64,000 nt of DNA from Octopus bimaculoides (Eukaryota), in NCBI RefSeq assembly GCF_001194135.2, contig NC_068992.1, positions 66,926,855-66,990,854 on the forward strand. Reading direction: 5' to 3'. This document shows positions 13,011 to 25,476 of this stretch, in pieces. The stretch's first letter is position 1. Each line of letters opens with the position of its first letter. The notes under the pieces are model-generated. The model was not told the origin of the DNA, did no database searches, and saw nothing but the letters and a program-made list of their open reading frames with translations. The translations under genes were made by a program, and so were the position numbers.

Positions 13011-13302
13011 AATCTGTTACTTGTTTCACTCATTAGACTGCGGCCATGCTGGGGCTGCACTTGAAGAAATTTTGGTCGAAGGAATGGAACCCAGTACTTA
13101 CTTTTTAAAAGTCTGGTACTCATTCTATCCTTCTTGTTGCCGAAACACCAAGCTACGGGGACGTAAACACACCAATTCAATACTGGTTTTCAAGCGGTGG
13201 TGGGTATAGTAGAAGACACTTCACTAAGGTGTCACGCAGCAGGACTGAACCCGGAAACATGAGATGTGGAGGCAAGTTTGTTACCAAACAATCCCGCCTG
13301 CG
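13011..13302 (-). mobile_element. SINE family A copy with internal deletion
   Basis: Tail (GACTGCGGCCATGCTGGGG) and head (TATAGTAGAAGACACT...GGACTGAACCCGG) both match 2058-2473. They join at about 13204/13205, and the roughly 140-nt microsatellite-bearing middle is missing. Confidence 0.8.
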
Positions 13303-13635
13303 ACTAATGTTTTATTCACTGGAGAATTAAATGTGATATTAAGTCTCACTTATGAGCAAATTGGGACCAAAATCTTATTTATTTGTTTATGAATCGATAA
13401 TATGGTTGGAAAAGCTTGGCGGTCATAACTTTACCATTCTGCTCTCATAAAAAATAACACCCGAGGCTTCATGTTTATATATCGTAGAATTCTTCAGATA
13501 TAGACGTGTAGATGCATCAGAGCAATTGCTTCTGATTTGGGATTCCTTTATGTCTTGCATTCTGCCGGAAGCAGAATATAGCAATGCTATATAGCAGAAA
13601 ACCATTATGGGCGTTCTTTGCTATTTATTGCATCC

Positions 13636-13682
<47 letters not shown>

Positions 13683-13749
13683 GAAAGCGTGAGTTGTATG
13701 TTTGTATTTACGTACGCGTGGCTATGCTCTCTCGCTCTTNNNNNNNNNN

Positions 13750-13817
<68 letters not shown>

Positions 13818-14806
13818 GTGAATGGCTGGCGAAAGTATGTGTGTTGATGATGGCGTACGTGAATGTTTCCTTTTGCCAGGGCAACAGCAGTCGCTGCAGC
13901 TTTTCAAGTCATTTCCAAAGCATTATTGTTCGTCTTCTTCGTGTTCTGGTTTTTGCTGTGTCCGTAGTTTTACCTCAATGCTAATAATATCAATAATAAT
14001 ACGAATAACAACAGCAATAACCGTAGAAACAAAAACTACAACAATAACAGCATCAGCATCAGCAATGACAATATTGATAATGATGATGATGATGATGATA
14101 ATAATACTGGTTCTTAACAGCGTTGTCATCGTTGCGACAGGTTGCGAAGTGTATTTTCACAGCAATGTTGAAGGTTACATAATCCACATTCAGAATTTAT
14201 TGTTTATATTGTGGCTCTGGCAGGCTTCACGTCAAACTCAGTGCAGCGCTTACAGTGATATGCTGTTTCATGTCTTTCTCTCTCTCTCTCCCCACCACTC
14301 TCTAAACATATACATACAAACACAAATACACACACATATCTATATCTATATCTATCTATCTATATGTATACACACACACATATAAACATATATATATATA
14401 TATGTGTGTGTGTGTGGGTGTATATAGTTTTATATAGGCATTTACATATATGAACATAATATTATATATNNNNNNNNNNNNNNNNNNNNNNNNNNNNNNN
14501 NNNNNNNNNNNNNNNNNNNNNNNNNNNNNNNNNNNNNNNNNNNNNNNNNNNNNNNNNNNNNNNNNNNNNNNNNNNNNNNNNNNNNNNNNNNNNNNNNNNN
14601 NNNNNNNNNNNNNNNNNNNNNNNNNNNNNNNNNNNNNNNNNNNNNNNNNNNNNNNNNNNNNNNNNNNNNNNNNNNNNNNNNNNNNNNNNNNNNNNNNNNN
14701 NNNNNNNNNNNNNNNNNNNNNNNNNNNNNNNNNNNNNNNNNNNNNNNNNNNNNNNNNNNNNNNNNNNNNNNNNNNNNNNNNNNNNNNNNNNNNNNNNNNN
14801 NNNNNN

Positions 14807-14846
<40 letters not shown>

Positions 14847-14922
14847 TGTGTGTGTATGTATGTATGTATGTATATACGCACAAACACGCATACAGCTACA
14901 GATATACGTCTACACCTACCTG

Positions 14923-14974
<52 letters not shown>

Positions 14975-15986
14975 CAGATTTATATAAATAAAATCACAAA
15001 TATTTACTCACGCCACTTAGTAAGTGTTGGAAATAAACTGCAATGTTTGACGTTTCCACATCAGAAAATATCTTTTCTACGTTACTTTGCATCGAATGTG
15101 AATGCATTTCCACCATTAATGTGCCTATGAAGCGTCTTCAATCAGTTCTACAGTTACGAGCGGCATTACACTACAGTTTAGCACATCTAAGGGGAACATA
15201 TCAAATGCCCACCACATCGATCTAACAAACTGATACGAATTTACTCAGTAACGCCCTGTAGCCCCTGGCATACAGGTACACTGAGACACAGGCATAGCAA
15301 GGTGGCGTTCTTCTACCATTGTCTTTCATTCTACTCTTTGTAGTATCTCTGTTCTTTGTAAAAGAAAACGCGCAGAGAACCAATTTCGCTGTAGGTGACA
15401 TTATGGCGTATATGATTCACTCAACCGAGGTTCGTCGCCACAGTGGCAACGGCTCCCTGCCAACATCCTGCCCGAGAAGGTGAATCTAAGAGTAAAGAAA
15501 AGTGCATGGCTTCACTTTAACAACGCTGTGACCACGTGATCAGAGCTTATCAACAAAGGCTTAACGTTTAGAAGCCATATTGAATTTCTCCGTTCGCTGA
15601 TTAGATGGGCTCGTCCTATACGCCATTCGCCACGATATATATATATATANNNNNNNNNNNNNNNNNNNNNNNNNNNNNNNNNNNNNNNNNNNNNNNNNNN
15701 NNNNNNNNNNNNNNNNNNNNNNNNNNNNNNNNNNNNNNNNNNNNNNNNNNNNNNNNNNNNNNNNNNNNNNNNNNNNNNNNNNNNNNNNNNNNNNNNNNNN
15801 NNNNNNNNNNNNNNNNNNNNNNNNNNNNNNNNNNNNNNNNNNNNNNNNNNNNNNNNNNNNNNNNNNNNNNNNNNNNNNNNNNNNNNNNNNNNNNNNNNNN
15901 NNNNNNNNNNNNNNNNNNNNNNNNNNNNNNNNNNNNNNNNNNNNNNNNNNNNNNNNNNNNNNNNNNNNNNNNNNNNNNNNNNNNNN

Positions 15987-16036
<50 letters not shown>

Positions 16037-17451
16037 TGTGTGTGTGTGTGTGTGTATAAATATACCATATATACCTGCATATATATATGTATATATATGA
16101 ATATATGTATGTATGTCTCTATGTTGATAGATAGATGGATAGGTAGGTAAATAGATATACACAGTTATATGTCTCTCTAGCTCCTTGACTACATACATAT
16201 ATACGTACGCAAATATAGAGAAGAGTGTTCTGTATATCATACTTCACTCAAATATAAAGAGGAAAATCTTAGAACTGCAGTATTTGTCTCGTAAAAAAAA
16301 ACCTTCAGTGTAGACGAATATTGTTAAAACACAGTAATATATGAATAGCAGAGGAAAGATGTCTAATGGCGGAGGTTACAAATAAATTTCAAGTTTTTTT
16401 TTTAAACATAATACACCAACTTGAGATGTTTTCTGGAGACGAATACTTCTGTTTCAAGCTTGTCTGCGTTATACCTGAGTTAAATATTTACATATTATCA
16501 TATGTACAATAATAACCCGAACCAATGTTGCTACCGTCATTCACAACGAATATTTATTTATATTTATGTCAGATATATCTGTCTAGCAACAGATGTATGG
16601 TCAATGTTCAGAGATATATGTATGTGTATGTGTTTTTTGTGTATATTACATATATATATATATATATATATATATANNNNNNNNNNNNNNNNNNNNNNNN
16701 NNNNNNNNNNNNNNNNNNNNNNNNNNNNNNNNNNNNNNNNNNNNNNNNNNNNNNNNNNNNNNNNNNNNNNNNNNNNNNNNNNNNNNNNNNNNNNNNNNNN
16801 NNNNNNNNNNNNNNNNNNNNNNNNNNNNNNNNNNNNNNNNNNNNNNNNNNNNNNNNNNNNNNNNNNNNNNNNNNNNNNNNNNNNNNNNNNNNNNNNNNNN
16901 NNNNNNNNNNNNNNNNNNNNNNNNNNNNNNNNNNNNNNNNNNNNNNNNNNNNNNNNNNNNNNNNNNNNNNNNNNNNNNNNNNNNNNNNNNNNNNNNNNNN
17001 NNNNNNNNNNNNNNNNNNNNNNNNNNNNNNNNNNNNNNNNNNNNNNNNNNNNNNNNNNNNNNNNNNNNNNNNNNNNNNNNNNNNNNNNNNNNNNNNNNNN
17101 NNNNNNNNNNNNNNNNNNNNNNNNNNNNNNNNNNNNNNNNNNNNNNNNNNNNNNNNNNNNNNNNNNNNNNNNNNNNNNNNNNNNNNNNNNNNNNNNNNNN
17201 NNNNNNNNNNGTGGAACAAGGAGGAAGAAACAGGAGTGTATAGCAGTGAAGTAGAAGTTAGAATAACAGAAAGAAGCAGCGCGAGACGGGGAGATGGGTA
17301 AGAAGAAAGATGAATAGGTAGATAGAGGGATAAATAGAAAGATAGAAGACAAATAGATAAATAGATAGATAGATAGATAGATAGAGTCACGTCAGAATAA
17401 TAAAGTACAGTCTTACTTGCAAAATGGACGTGTGCGAGAGAGACAGACGGA

Positions 17452-17509
<58 letters not shown>

Positions 17510-18226
17510 NNNNNNNNNNAGAGAGAGAGAGAGAGAGAGAGAGAATAAGAGAGAGATGTTTGTGCAAGAATACATTGGCAGATGTATGTACCGCCCACAC
17601 ACCAGCAAACCACAGGCCAACGCCCATTCCTCCCTCCCACCAGGATCATTACATATACATACACACACATCTATCTATCTATCTGATAGCACTTTCTATC
17701 ACCCAACCAATTAACCAATTAGCAAATTAACTAAGAGCAACTGGGTGAAAATCCGAAACAATTAGATAGGTGTATTACCTGCCAGTTGCAGCCGTGAATA
17801 TTGTAACCTCGAGAAACCCAGAGCGGCCACAAATCGAAGATTCTGCCTCTAAAAAAATACTTAAATGGATTAAATACTAATTACTCTTGTTTTCGTATCC
17901 AAATACACACACACAGCTTCACCCCTCCCCCTCACACATAGACGTACAATGACAGCTTCAGCACACACACACACTCACAAACACACACTCACAAACACAC
18001 ACACACCAGCAACAAATTACTGCATGAATGCACATGACTTAAATTTAAGTAGAATCAGAACAGTCTCCACGAACCGATGAAGAGATTCCTGTCAATTGGA
18101 ATTCAGGCATTAAAAAGTGATTTTTGAAAATTATTTTCACATCATTTCTGCCCTCTGACTCAGAAACAGAGAGCATCGAGGGATGAGTGGGTGGGTAGGG
18201 GAGAGAAAGAGAGAAGTTGATGCTGT

Positions 18227-18274
<48 letters not shown>

Positions 18275-19085
18275 NNNNNNNNNNNNNNNNNNNNNNNNNN
18301 NNNNNNNNNNNNNNNNNNNNNNNNNNNNNNNNNNNNNNNNNNNNNNNNNNNNNNNNNNNNNNNNNNNNNNNNNNNNNNNNNNNNNNNNNNNNNNNNNNNN
18401 NNNNNNNNNNNNNNNNNNNNNNNNNNNNNNNNNNNNNNNNNNNNNNNNNNNNNNNNNNNNNNNNNNNNNNNNNNNNNNNNNNNNNNNNNNNNNNNNNNNN
18501 NNNNNNNNNNNNNNNNNNNNNNNNNNNNNNNNNNNNNNNNNNNNNNNNNNNNNNNNNNNNNNNNNNNNNNNNNNNNNNNNNNNNNNNNNNNNNNNNNNNN
18601 NNNNNNNNNNNNNNNNNNNNNNNNNNNNNNNNNNNNNNNNNNNNNNNNNNNNNNNNNNNNNNNNNNNNNNNNNNNNNNNNNNNNNNNNNNNNNNNNNNNN
18701 NNNNNNNNNNNNNNNNNNNNNNNNNNNNNNNNNNNNNNNNNNNNNNNNNNNNNNNNNNNNNNNNNNNNNNNNNNNNNNNNNNNNNNNNNNNNNNNNNNNN
18801 NNNNNNNNNNNNNNNNNNNNNNNNNNNNNNNNNNNNNNNNNNNNNNNNNNNNNNNNNNNNNNNNNNNNNNNNNNNNNNNNNNNNNNNNNNNNNNNNNNNN
18901 NNNNNNNNNNNNNNNNNNNNNNNNNNNNNNNNNNNNNNNNNNNNNNNNNNNNNNNNNNNNNNNNNNNNNNNNNNNNNNNNNNNNNNNNNNNNNNNNNNNN
19001 NNNNNNNNNNNATATATATACACACACATACATACATACACACACATATATGTATATGTATATTAGAAGGTTTGGAGGTGATGTA

Positions 19086-19786
19086 CAGGTATTATATATT
19101 AGAAAAAATAAGGTACTCTGAGATCTGGATGGCTGTACATTTACAGATTTTTATTAATATGTCACATGTCTTTTATAAATCATATATTAGCGCTTGCATC
19201 TACTCTAGTAGAATCTCCAGATTTAAATTTTTTCCAGGGGATTCGTCTCTTTTTATAGTATTATCGAGTGTGTAGGGGTGGAAAGAGATATATAAGATAA
19301 TAAAAGAGAGTGAGGAATGAGGAGAAAGTGAGAGAGAGTGTGTGTGCGTGTTTTTGTGTATGTGTGTGTGTATATGTGTGTATGTGTGTGTATGTGTGCC
19401 TGTGTATCTGAAAGGAGTGTCAATGGAAAAAAGAAGGAAAGGAAGAAGGAAGAGAGAAAGAAGAAACATTGACACACCTTTCAGATAATCAGGCACACAC
19501 ACACACATACACACACACACACACATTCTCTCTCTCACTTTCTCCCCATTCCTCACCTTCTTCTACTAGCCTATATATCTGTCTCCACCCGTACACACTC
19601 AATAACACTAAAAAAATTAGACGAATCCCCTCAAAAATTTTAAATCTGGAGATTCTACTAGAGTAGATGCAAGCGCTATTATATGATTTATAAAAAACAT
19701 GTGACATATTAATAAAAAATCTGTAAATGTACAACCATCCAGATCTCTAAGTACCTTATTTTTTCTAATATGTATATACGTACCTG
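19086..19786. mobile_element. 700-bp fold-back (long inverted repeat), possibly a Tc1/mariner-type MITE or an inverted duplication
   Basis: The left arm 19086-19425 is the reverse complement of the right arm 19467-19786, including a 40-bp perfect block (19188-19227 / 19639-19678). The loop is 41 nt and purine-rich. Ends read TA|CAGGT...ACCTG|CA. Confidence 0.85.
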
Positions 19787-21630
19787 CACACACGCACACA
19801 CACACACACACACTCACACACACAGAGCTGAACCAATTTTCATCATTACAATTTATTCCATCGAATAACCCCATCTGTAATGAAGGACTATGATATATAT
19901 GACAATTGTCAGAAGTTGGGAATGTGTGCGAATGAAATACGTTGAGCTTTATGTTCAGAGTAATGTAGCATATAGACGCATCTAAACAAGGATATATGAA
20001 ATATTAATATATTAAGAAATATATAAAAAAAAATGTTTCATAAATGAGAAAACTGATGTGTTTATAGAAATGTGTGGTATATATTTCGTTTTTATAGAAT
20101 CATAATTTTTACGTAACCAAACCATATTTGTTTAGAATGGAAAATTAAGTCACATTAAATCTTTCTAACTCTTTGGTTTGATAAAAGGATTGAAATAACT
20201 CAGCATCCGTAAACAATGCAAAGAGGCTAACTTTAAATCTTCAAATATAACAAAGCGAGCAAATATTTTTTTGTTAGGAAAACGGTTAGTTTGAAAGAAA
20301 TCTGAATTGTATCCCGTGCCTGTCTTTGATCTACAGTAGTCTGTTTGTGCTAAGATGTTCAGTATTGTTGGTCTAAGTTATACAAACTTGGTTCTTATTT
20401 TAGACCTAGATCTGTGAGTTATCAATAATATTCAACCATTCGAACTGGTTTCATGATTGAAAGAGAAAGAAAGAAAGAGAAAGAGAGAAAGGGAGAGCGA
20501 TATTAGAAAACAGTATTTCAGAAGATTCCGGAATGTAAAATTGCTTTCAGTGGTTATGCAGATTGTAAAACATTAACTATTATTTTCTGTCATAGATTTT
20601 ATTTACGATTTCAAATAAATGTGGGGGAAATATGTTTGTGTTTCTACATTAATTGCGGAACATGTATAGGTGTTTATTAAAACGTGATTTGAATGAATTT
20701 GAAGTTAACCTAATGTGTGATTTAAAAACTCTGTTTAGGATAGAAATGTAAACAACCTGTAGAAATACATCCACAACCAAGTAAACGTTCATTCGAATGA
20801 ATGTAGTTGCAAGTTTGTGAACTTTGGCTTGTTGACTGTTCCTTGGAAAGACAGTCTGGCGTAGTCAATTGATAGGAGCTAGGAAACGTGTGAGATATGA
20901 TGATGGCGGTGTGCAGGGATTCCAGTAAAGGTGAGACTATGTGGCTTTATATCTAAATTCACATTGTACTATCAGGCTAGCATTGGACGAAGGTAGAGGA
21001 ACCATCTTTCGTCAAGAGGATAGGGAGGCAGCAAATGTGTTAGCCTGGATATAGCAGTGGTTTGCCTGAAAACAGTCAAAATTGAGTGCAAACAATACAT
21101 TCTTCGTAAGATGTAAGATAAAGATAGTTGCTGTGTGGCTGGAAGGAATACAGCTGCAGCTGCACATAGTTTAGTGCAATAATCCAATTGAGTCCAACTA
21201 ACGTGGCCATTTTCTGGTAGTTTTCATGCTTCTGGGCACCATTGGAGGGAATGGCAATCACGTGCCTTGTAATGGAATTGTTGAAATATAGCATTGAAAA
21301 GTGATGAAGGGCAAGTTTCGAAAACAAAGAACGGAAACAAAGGACATTGTCACTCATACTTATGTACATTTATGTGTGCAGGGGTTTGTGTGTTTATGAG
21401 AGAGCTTGCTTCAAAGTGCACAGCGCAGTCTTTTGGGTATTAGCTCTTCTCAGAGCAGCGTCTTCTGTTGTTAATCCTGGGAGAGGAAGACTGTTGACCC
21501 TTTTAGTGGGTAGGAACTTGTCCCCTCAGTGACCTAGATGCCACGGAAACCGACACAAACTCCGGCCTAATGGGCATCGAGGCTCAAAACTGAATAACAT
21601 TATGTATACACGCACACACATAAATACACC

Positions 21631-21684
<54 letters not shown>

Positions 21685-21703
21685 NNNNNNNNNNAAATAC
21701 ACC

Positions 21704-21746
<43 letters not shown>

Positions 21747-22689
21747 CCCCCCACATACGCACGTACGCACACACGTGAATGTAAAGACGCTTTACATAAA
21801 AATAACTGCAATTAGGCATGGATAAGTATTATAGGAAATATTAAGCAACACGTAGCTCATACGGAGAAACAGTGTAGCCTAACGGGGATAGAAAATACAA
21901 CGCCTTCACATATATGATATTCTACACACTCAACTGCATACACACAGTGTTGTGTTATTGTGTAGACACACCTACACACACATTGTACTTCAATATTTTA
22001 CATATTACCTAAAACATAGAGTAGGAATATTCTCCCTAAATACGTGCACACATAGTCTTATCATGTTCTATATACCCACCTATACACACAGGTGTTGTAA
22101 TGTTCTGCGCGCACACCTACACAAAGTGTTATGTTATTATTATATGCAATGTCATAAAATAAAAACTATTAAAAAGTCAACAGACATTACAGAATATAAT
22201 TTATATTCACTATAACCAAATTTACAATATTTATATCACACCGTTCAATAATGTTTATACTATCATATTCTTAATTATATCCAATTGGTTGCATAATAAA
22301 CTAGATTATCCTTCGCGATGTCGTAGTTCGAATGGTACGAGAAAATATTTTTCTATAAGGTGGTATTTCAAACGAAAATGTTGGAAGAAAATTTCTGCCA
22401 TATTCCTGATAACCGTAAAAGTAGGCAACTGATTGAAAAGTTGGATAATGTATTCTCTATTATCTCGGTTTCCTCAGTAGAAAGGAAATAAACTTTAAAT
22501 CTCGTCATAGGAAGTAACCTGTGCAAGATTATAATCCAGGGAAAGAAAAATTGAGGCCATGGAAAATCTAAAATTTTGCAGAAGGATTAATCACTATTAT
22601 CGTTTACATGTGGAAATGTGGCCAACAGCAAGTGCTACATATTTTGGCATTGACGAATAAGTTTCTAGTGTAAATTACATTACACTCAC

Positions 22690-22758
22690 CTGTGTATACT
22701 TGACTTTGCAGTTTTTGCTGCCAATGAAGAATAGTGCCAGATTGCCGGAGGCTGCTAT
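22690..22758 (-). CDS. Candidate 69-nt internal exon, unknown gene
   Basis: Minus-strand acceptor TGTTTTGCTTAG and donor CAG|GTGAGT. Length is 3n and two frames are open (IAASGNLALFFIGSKNCKVKYTQ or SSLRQSGTILHWQQKLQSQVYT). No homology recognised. Confidence 0.18.
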
Positions 22759-23687
22759 CTAAGCAAAACAGTGACATATGCTGATAAAATCCGGATTACT
22801 TTTAAAAATTCACGTTTCTTAAATATTTTCTTTTCTTTAATCTCCGGTCCAACTTCTGGTTGGGGAATTAAGCTGAATTTTGATGCCAAACTTTCGGAAT
22901 CGAGCCAATATGTATGCCTTATTCCTTCTTTTTCATCTTACCTATTTAAGTAACAGAGAAAACTCGAATTAATATTTTATAGCTTTCCAGTTTTTGTTGC
23001 TGAATCAAGAATAGAAAAATGCAAATTGGAGTTTAAGATTATTGAGACAAGTTGTCTTAATAGGATATGTTATTACATCATGTCAAAATAAATAAAGCTT
23101 CGAAGGCGTATGGCATGATGAAGAGAGCTATACAGCTTAATGAAGTGTTAATGGGTGTCATTTAGGCTAATTAACAAGGGTATACTAATTTATAAGGTAT
23201 TGGTTTATACACACACTACACATATACACATATGCATGCACGCAAATATATATATAAAATGTATGCATATATATGTATATATATANNNNNNNNNNNNNNN
23301 NNNNNNNNNNNNNNNNNNNNNNNNNNNNNNNNNNNNNNNNNNNNNNNNNNNNNNNNNNNNNNNNNNNNNNNNNNNNNNNNNNNNNNNNNNNNNNNNNNNN
23401 NNNNNNNNNNNNNNNNNNNNNNNNNNNNNNNNNNNNNNNNNNNNNNNNNNNNNNNNNNNNNNNNNNNNNNNNNNNNNNNNNNNNNNNNNNNNNNNNNNNN
23501 NNNNNNNNNNNNNNNNNNNNNNNNNNNNNNNNNNNNNNNNNNNNNNNNNNNNNNNNNNNNNNNNNNNNNNNNNNNNNNNNNNNNNNNNNNNNNNNNNNNN
23601 NNNNNNNNNNNNNNNNNNNNNNNNNNNNNNNNNNNNNNNNNNNNNNNNNNNNNNNNNNNNNNNNNNNNNNNNNNNNNNNNNNNNNNN

Positions 23688-23751
<64 letters not shown>

Positions 23752-25057
23752 AGTTTATGCGTATATACGGGAGAGTGTATACATAAATTATGATCATGCA
23801 TATACCTACTATCTCTTGAAGCTACATTATACACCCGTAGGTTATTTAAAATATCTGTATATTTCACTCTCGATAAGGAAAGATCTTATGTTGTTATCAT
23901 ATGCCATTATGCATATACACGCATTTATGCATGCATATATATATGTATATATGTATGTATGTATGTACGTATGCTGTAGATCAATACATGCTATGTTACG
24001 CAGAATTAACCGATCTCATTAACATTTTAATGGAAAAGAGAATTAAGACAATATTTATACCAATATATATATAAATAAGTATTGAAATATCAATTATATC
24101 TTATTTGCAATTCACAATGTAAATTAATTGTAAATATGTACTTCTAATATCTACTCACATACTCAGAAGCATACGTAATTTCTATGTATATAGATATATC
24201 TCATAAGCTAACAGTTGTATACACCTGTCTGTATGTATGTAACGTATACATACATACGGGTAAATATGTGGTTGTTTATTTCCATACAGATGTATACGTA
24301 TACATCGTATATTATATTTAATCTCGAGACATTTATCTTGAATTTCATGCACAGTAAATTAATTCCCATTAATTGGGTATGTGATCAACTTAAATTGATT
24401 CAATTTTAGCGTGGTGGTGCGTGCAATTAACTAAAATATATTCATTAATCCACACCCATGCAATGGTAATGAAAACAGCAAAGAAACGTAACGCAACACT
24501 CGTTAAATTTACAGTACTCCTGCTTTTATTGTTTAAGGTGTACGGCATTCCGATGAAGCTGCAAGATGACGATGCACTCTGCTCTAAGTGCAATGATGAA
24601 AACACATCACTATAATAAAGAAGTTGATGACTTAAATCCCGATCTCTTGTTATTCAGTTCAAACACACACACACACACATTCATACACGCACTCACCCAT
24701 ACATTTACGCGCACACGCATGCACGCAAGCACAGACACAGACACACAAGCATGCACCCCACCCCCACCTCCACTCACCCACTCATGCATGCACACACACA
24801 CACACACACATGCCGTTCGCGCACACACACACCAGCACACGCACACGCGTAGGTTCGCGATGGAATGGAGATTACAGATACACAGTAGGGATGGTTCTAG
24901 GAATGGCGTTTATATAAAAGAACACAAAAGGTTCCTAACAGCTGTTCCAGAGGCATTTCTTTATTGAAGAATAGATCGATAACATCGATACAGAAATGCT
25001 ACTAATAACAGCTGTTGCGAATCTTTAAAATCCATGTTCCTTCTTATATATATATAT

Positions 25058-25278
25058 TTCTTTATTGCCCATAGGGGGTTAAACATAGAGGGCACAAACA
25101 AGGACAGACAAGGAGATTAAGTTGATTACATCGACCCTAGTGCGTAACTGGTACTTATTTAATCGACCCCGAAGGGATGAAAGGCAAAGTCAACCTCGGC
25201 GGAATTTGAACTCAGAACGTAGCGGCAGGCGAAATCCCGCAAAGCATTTCGCCCGGCGTGTTAACGATTCTGCCAGCT
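25058..25278 (-). mobile_element. SINE family B with alternative tail (B2), full length
   Basis: Head and central region as at 9525 and 43496. The tail reads TTGTCTGTCCTTGTTTGTGCCCTCTATGTTTAACCCCCTATGGGCAATAAAGAAA, matching the tail at 33355-33412. Confidence 0.88.
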
Positions 25279-25416
25279 TATATATAAATAATCAAATGTA
25301 TGTATATATGTATGTGTTTGTTTGTGTGTGTGCGTATATGTGTATATGAGTGTTTGTGTTTGTGTCTGTTTGAACAACAAAAAGCAAGGATGGATACACA
25401 CGCACACACACAAATG

Positions 25417-25476
<60 letters not shown>

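Noticed and set aside
15249-15310. Cloverleaf-like fold (AACGCC/GGCGTT with CTGTA/TACAG arm)
   Set aside because: No T-loop (TTCRA), anticodon arm or Pol III boxes; not a tRNA.
20897-21400. C-box-like TGATGA at about 20901 and 21302 as C/D snoRNAs
   Set aside because: No CTGA D box or terminal stem at a suitable distance.
21621-21745. AAATACACCCATACACACA repeated on both sides of a 10-N gap
   Set aside because: Typical contig overlap or allelic duplication across a negative gap.
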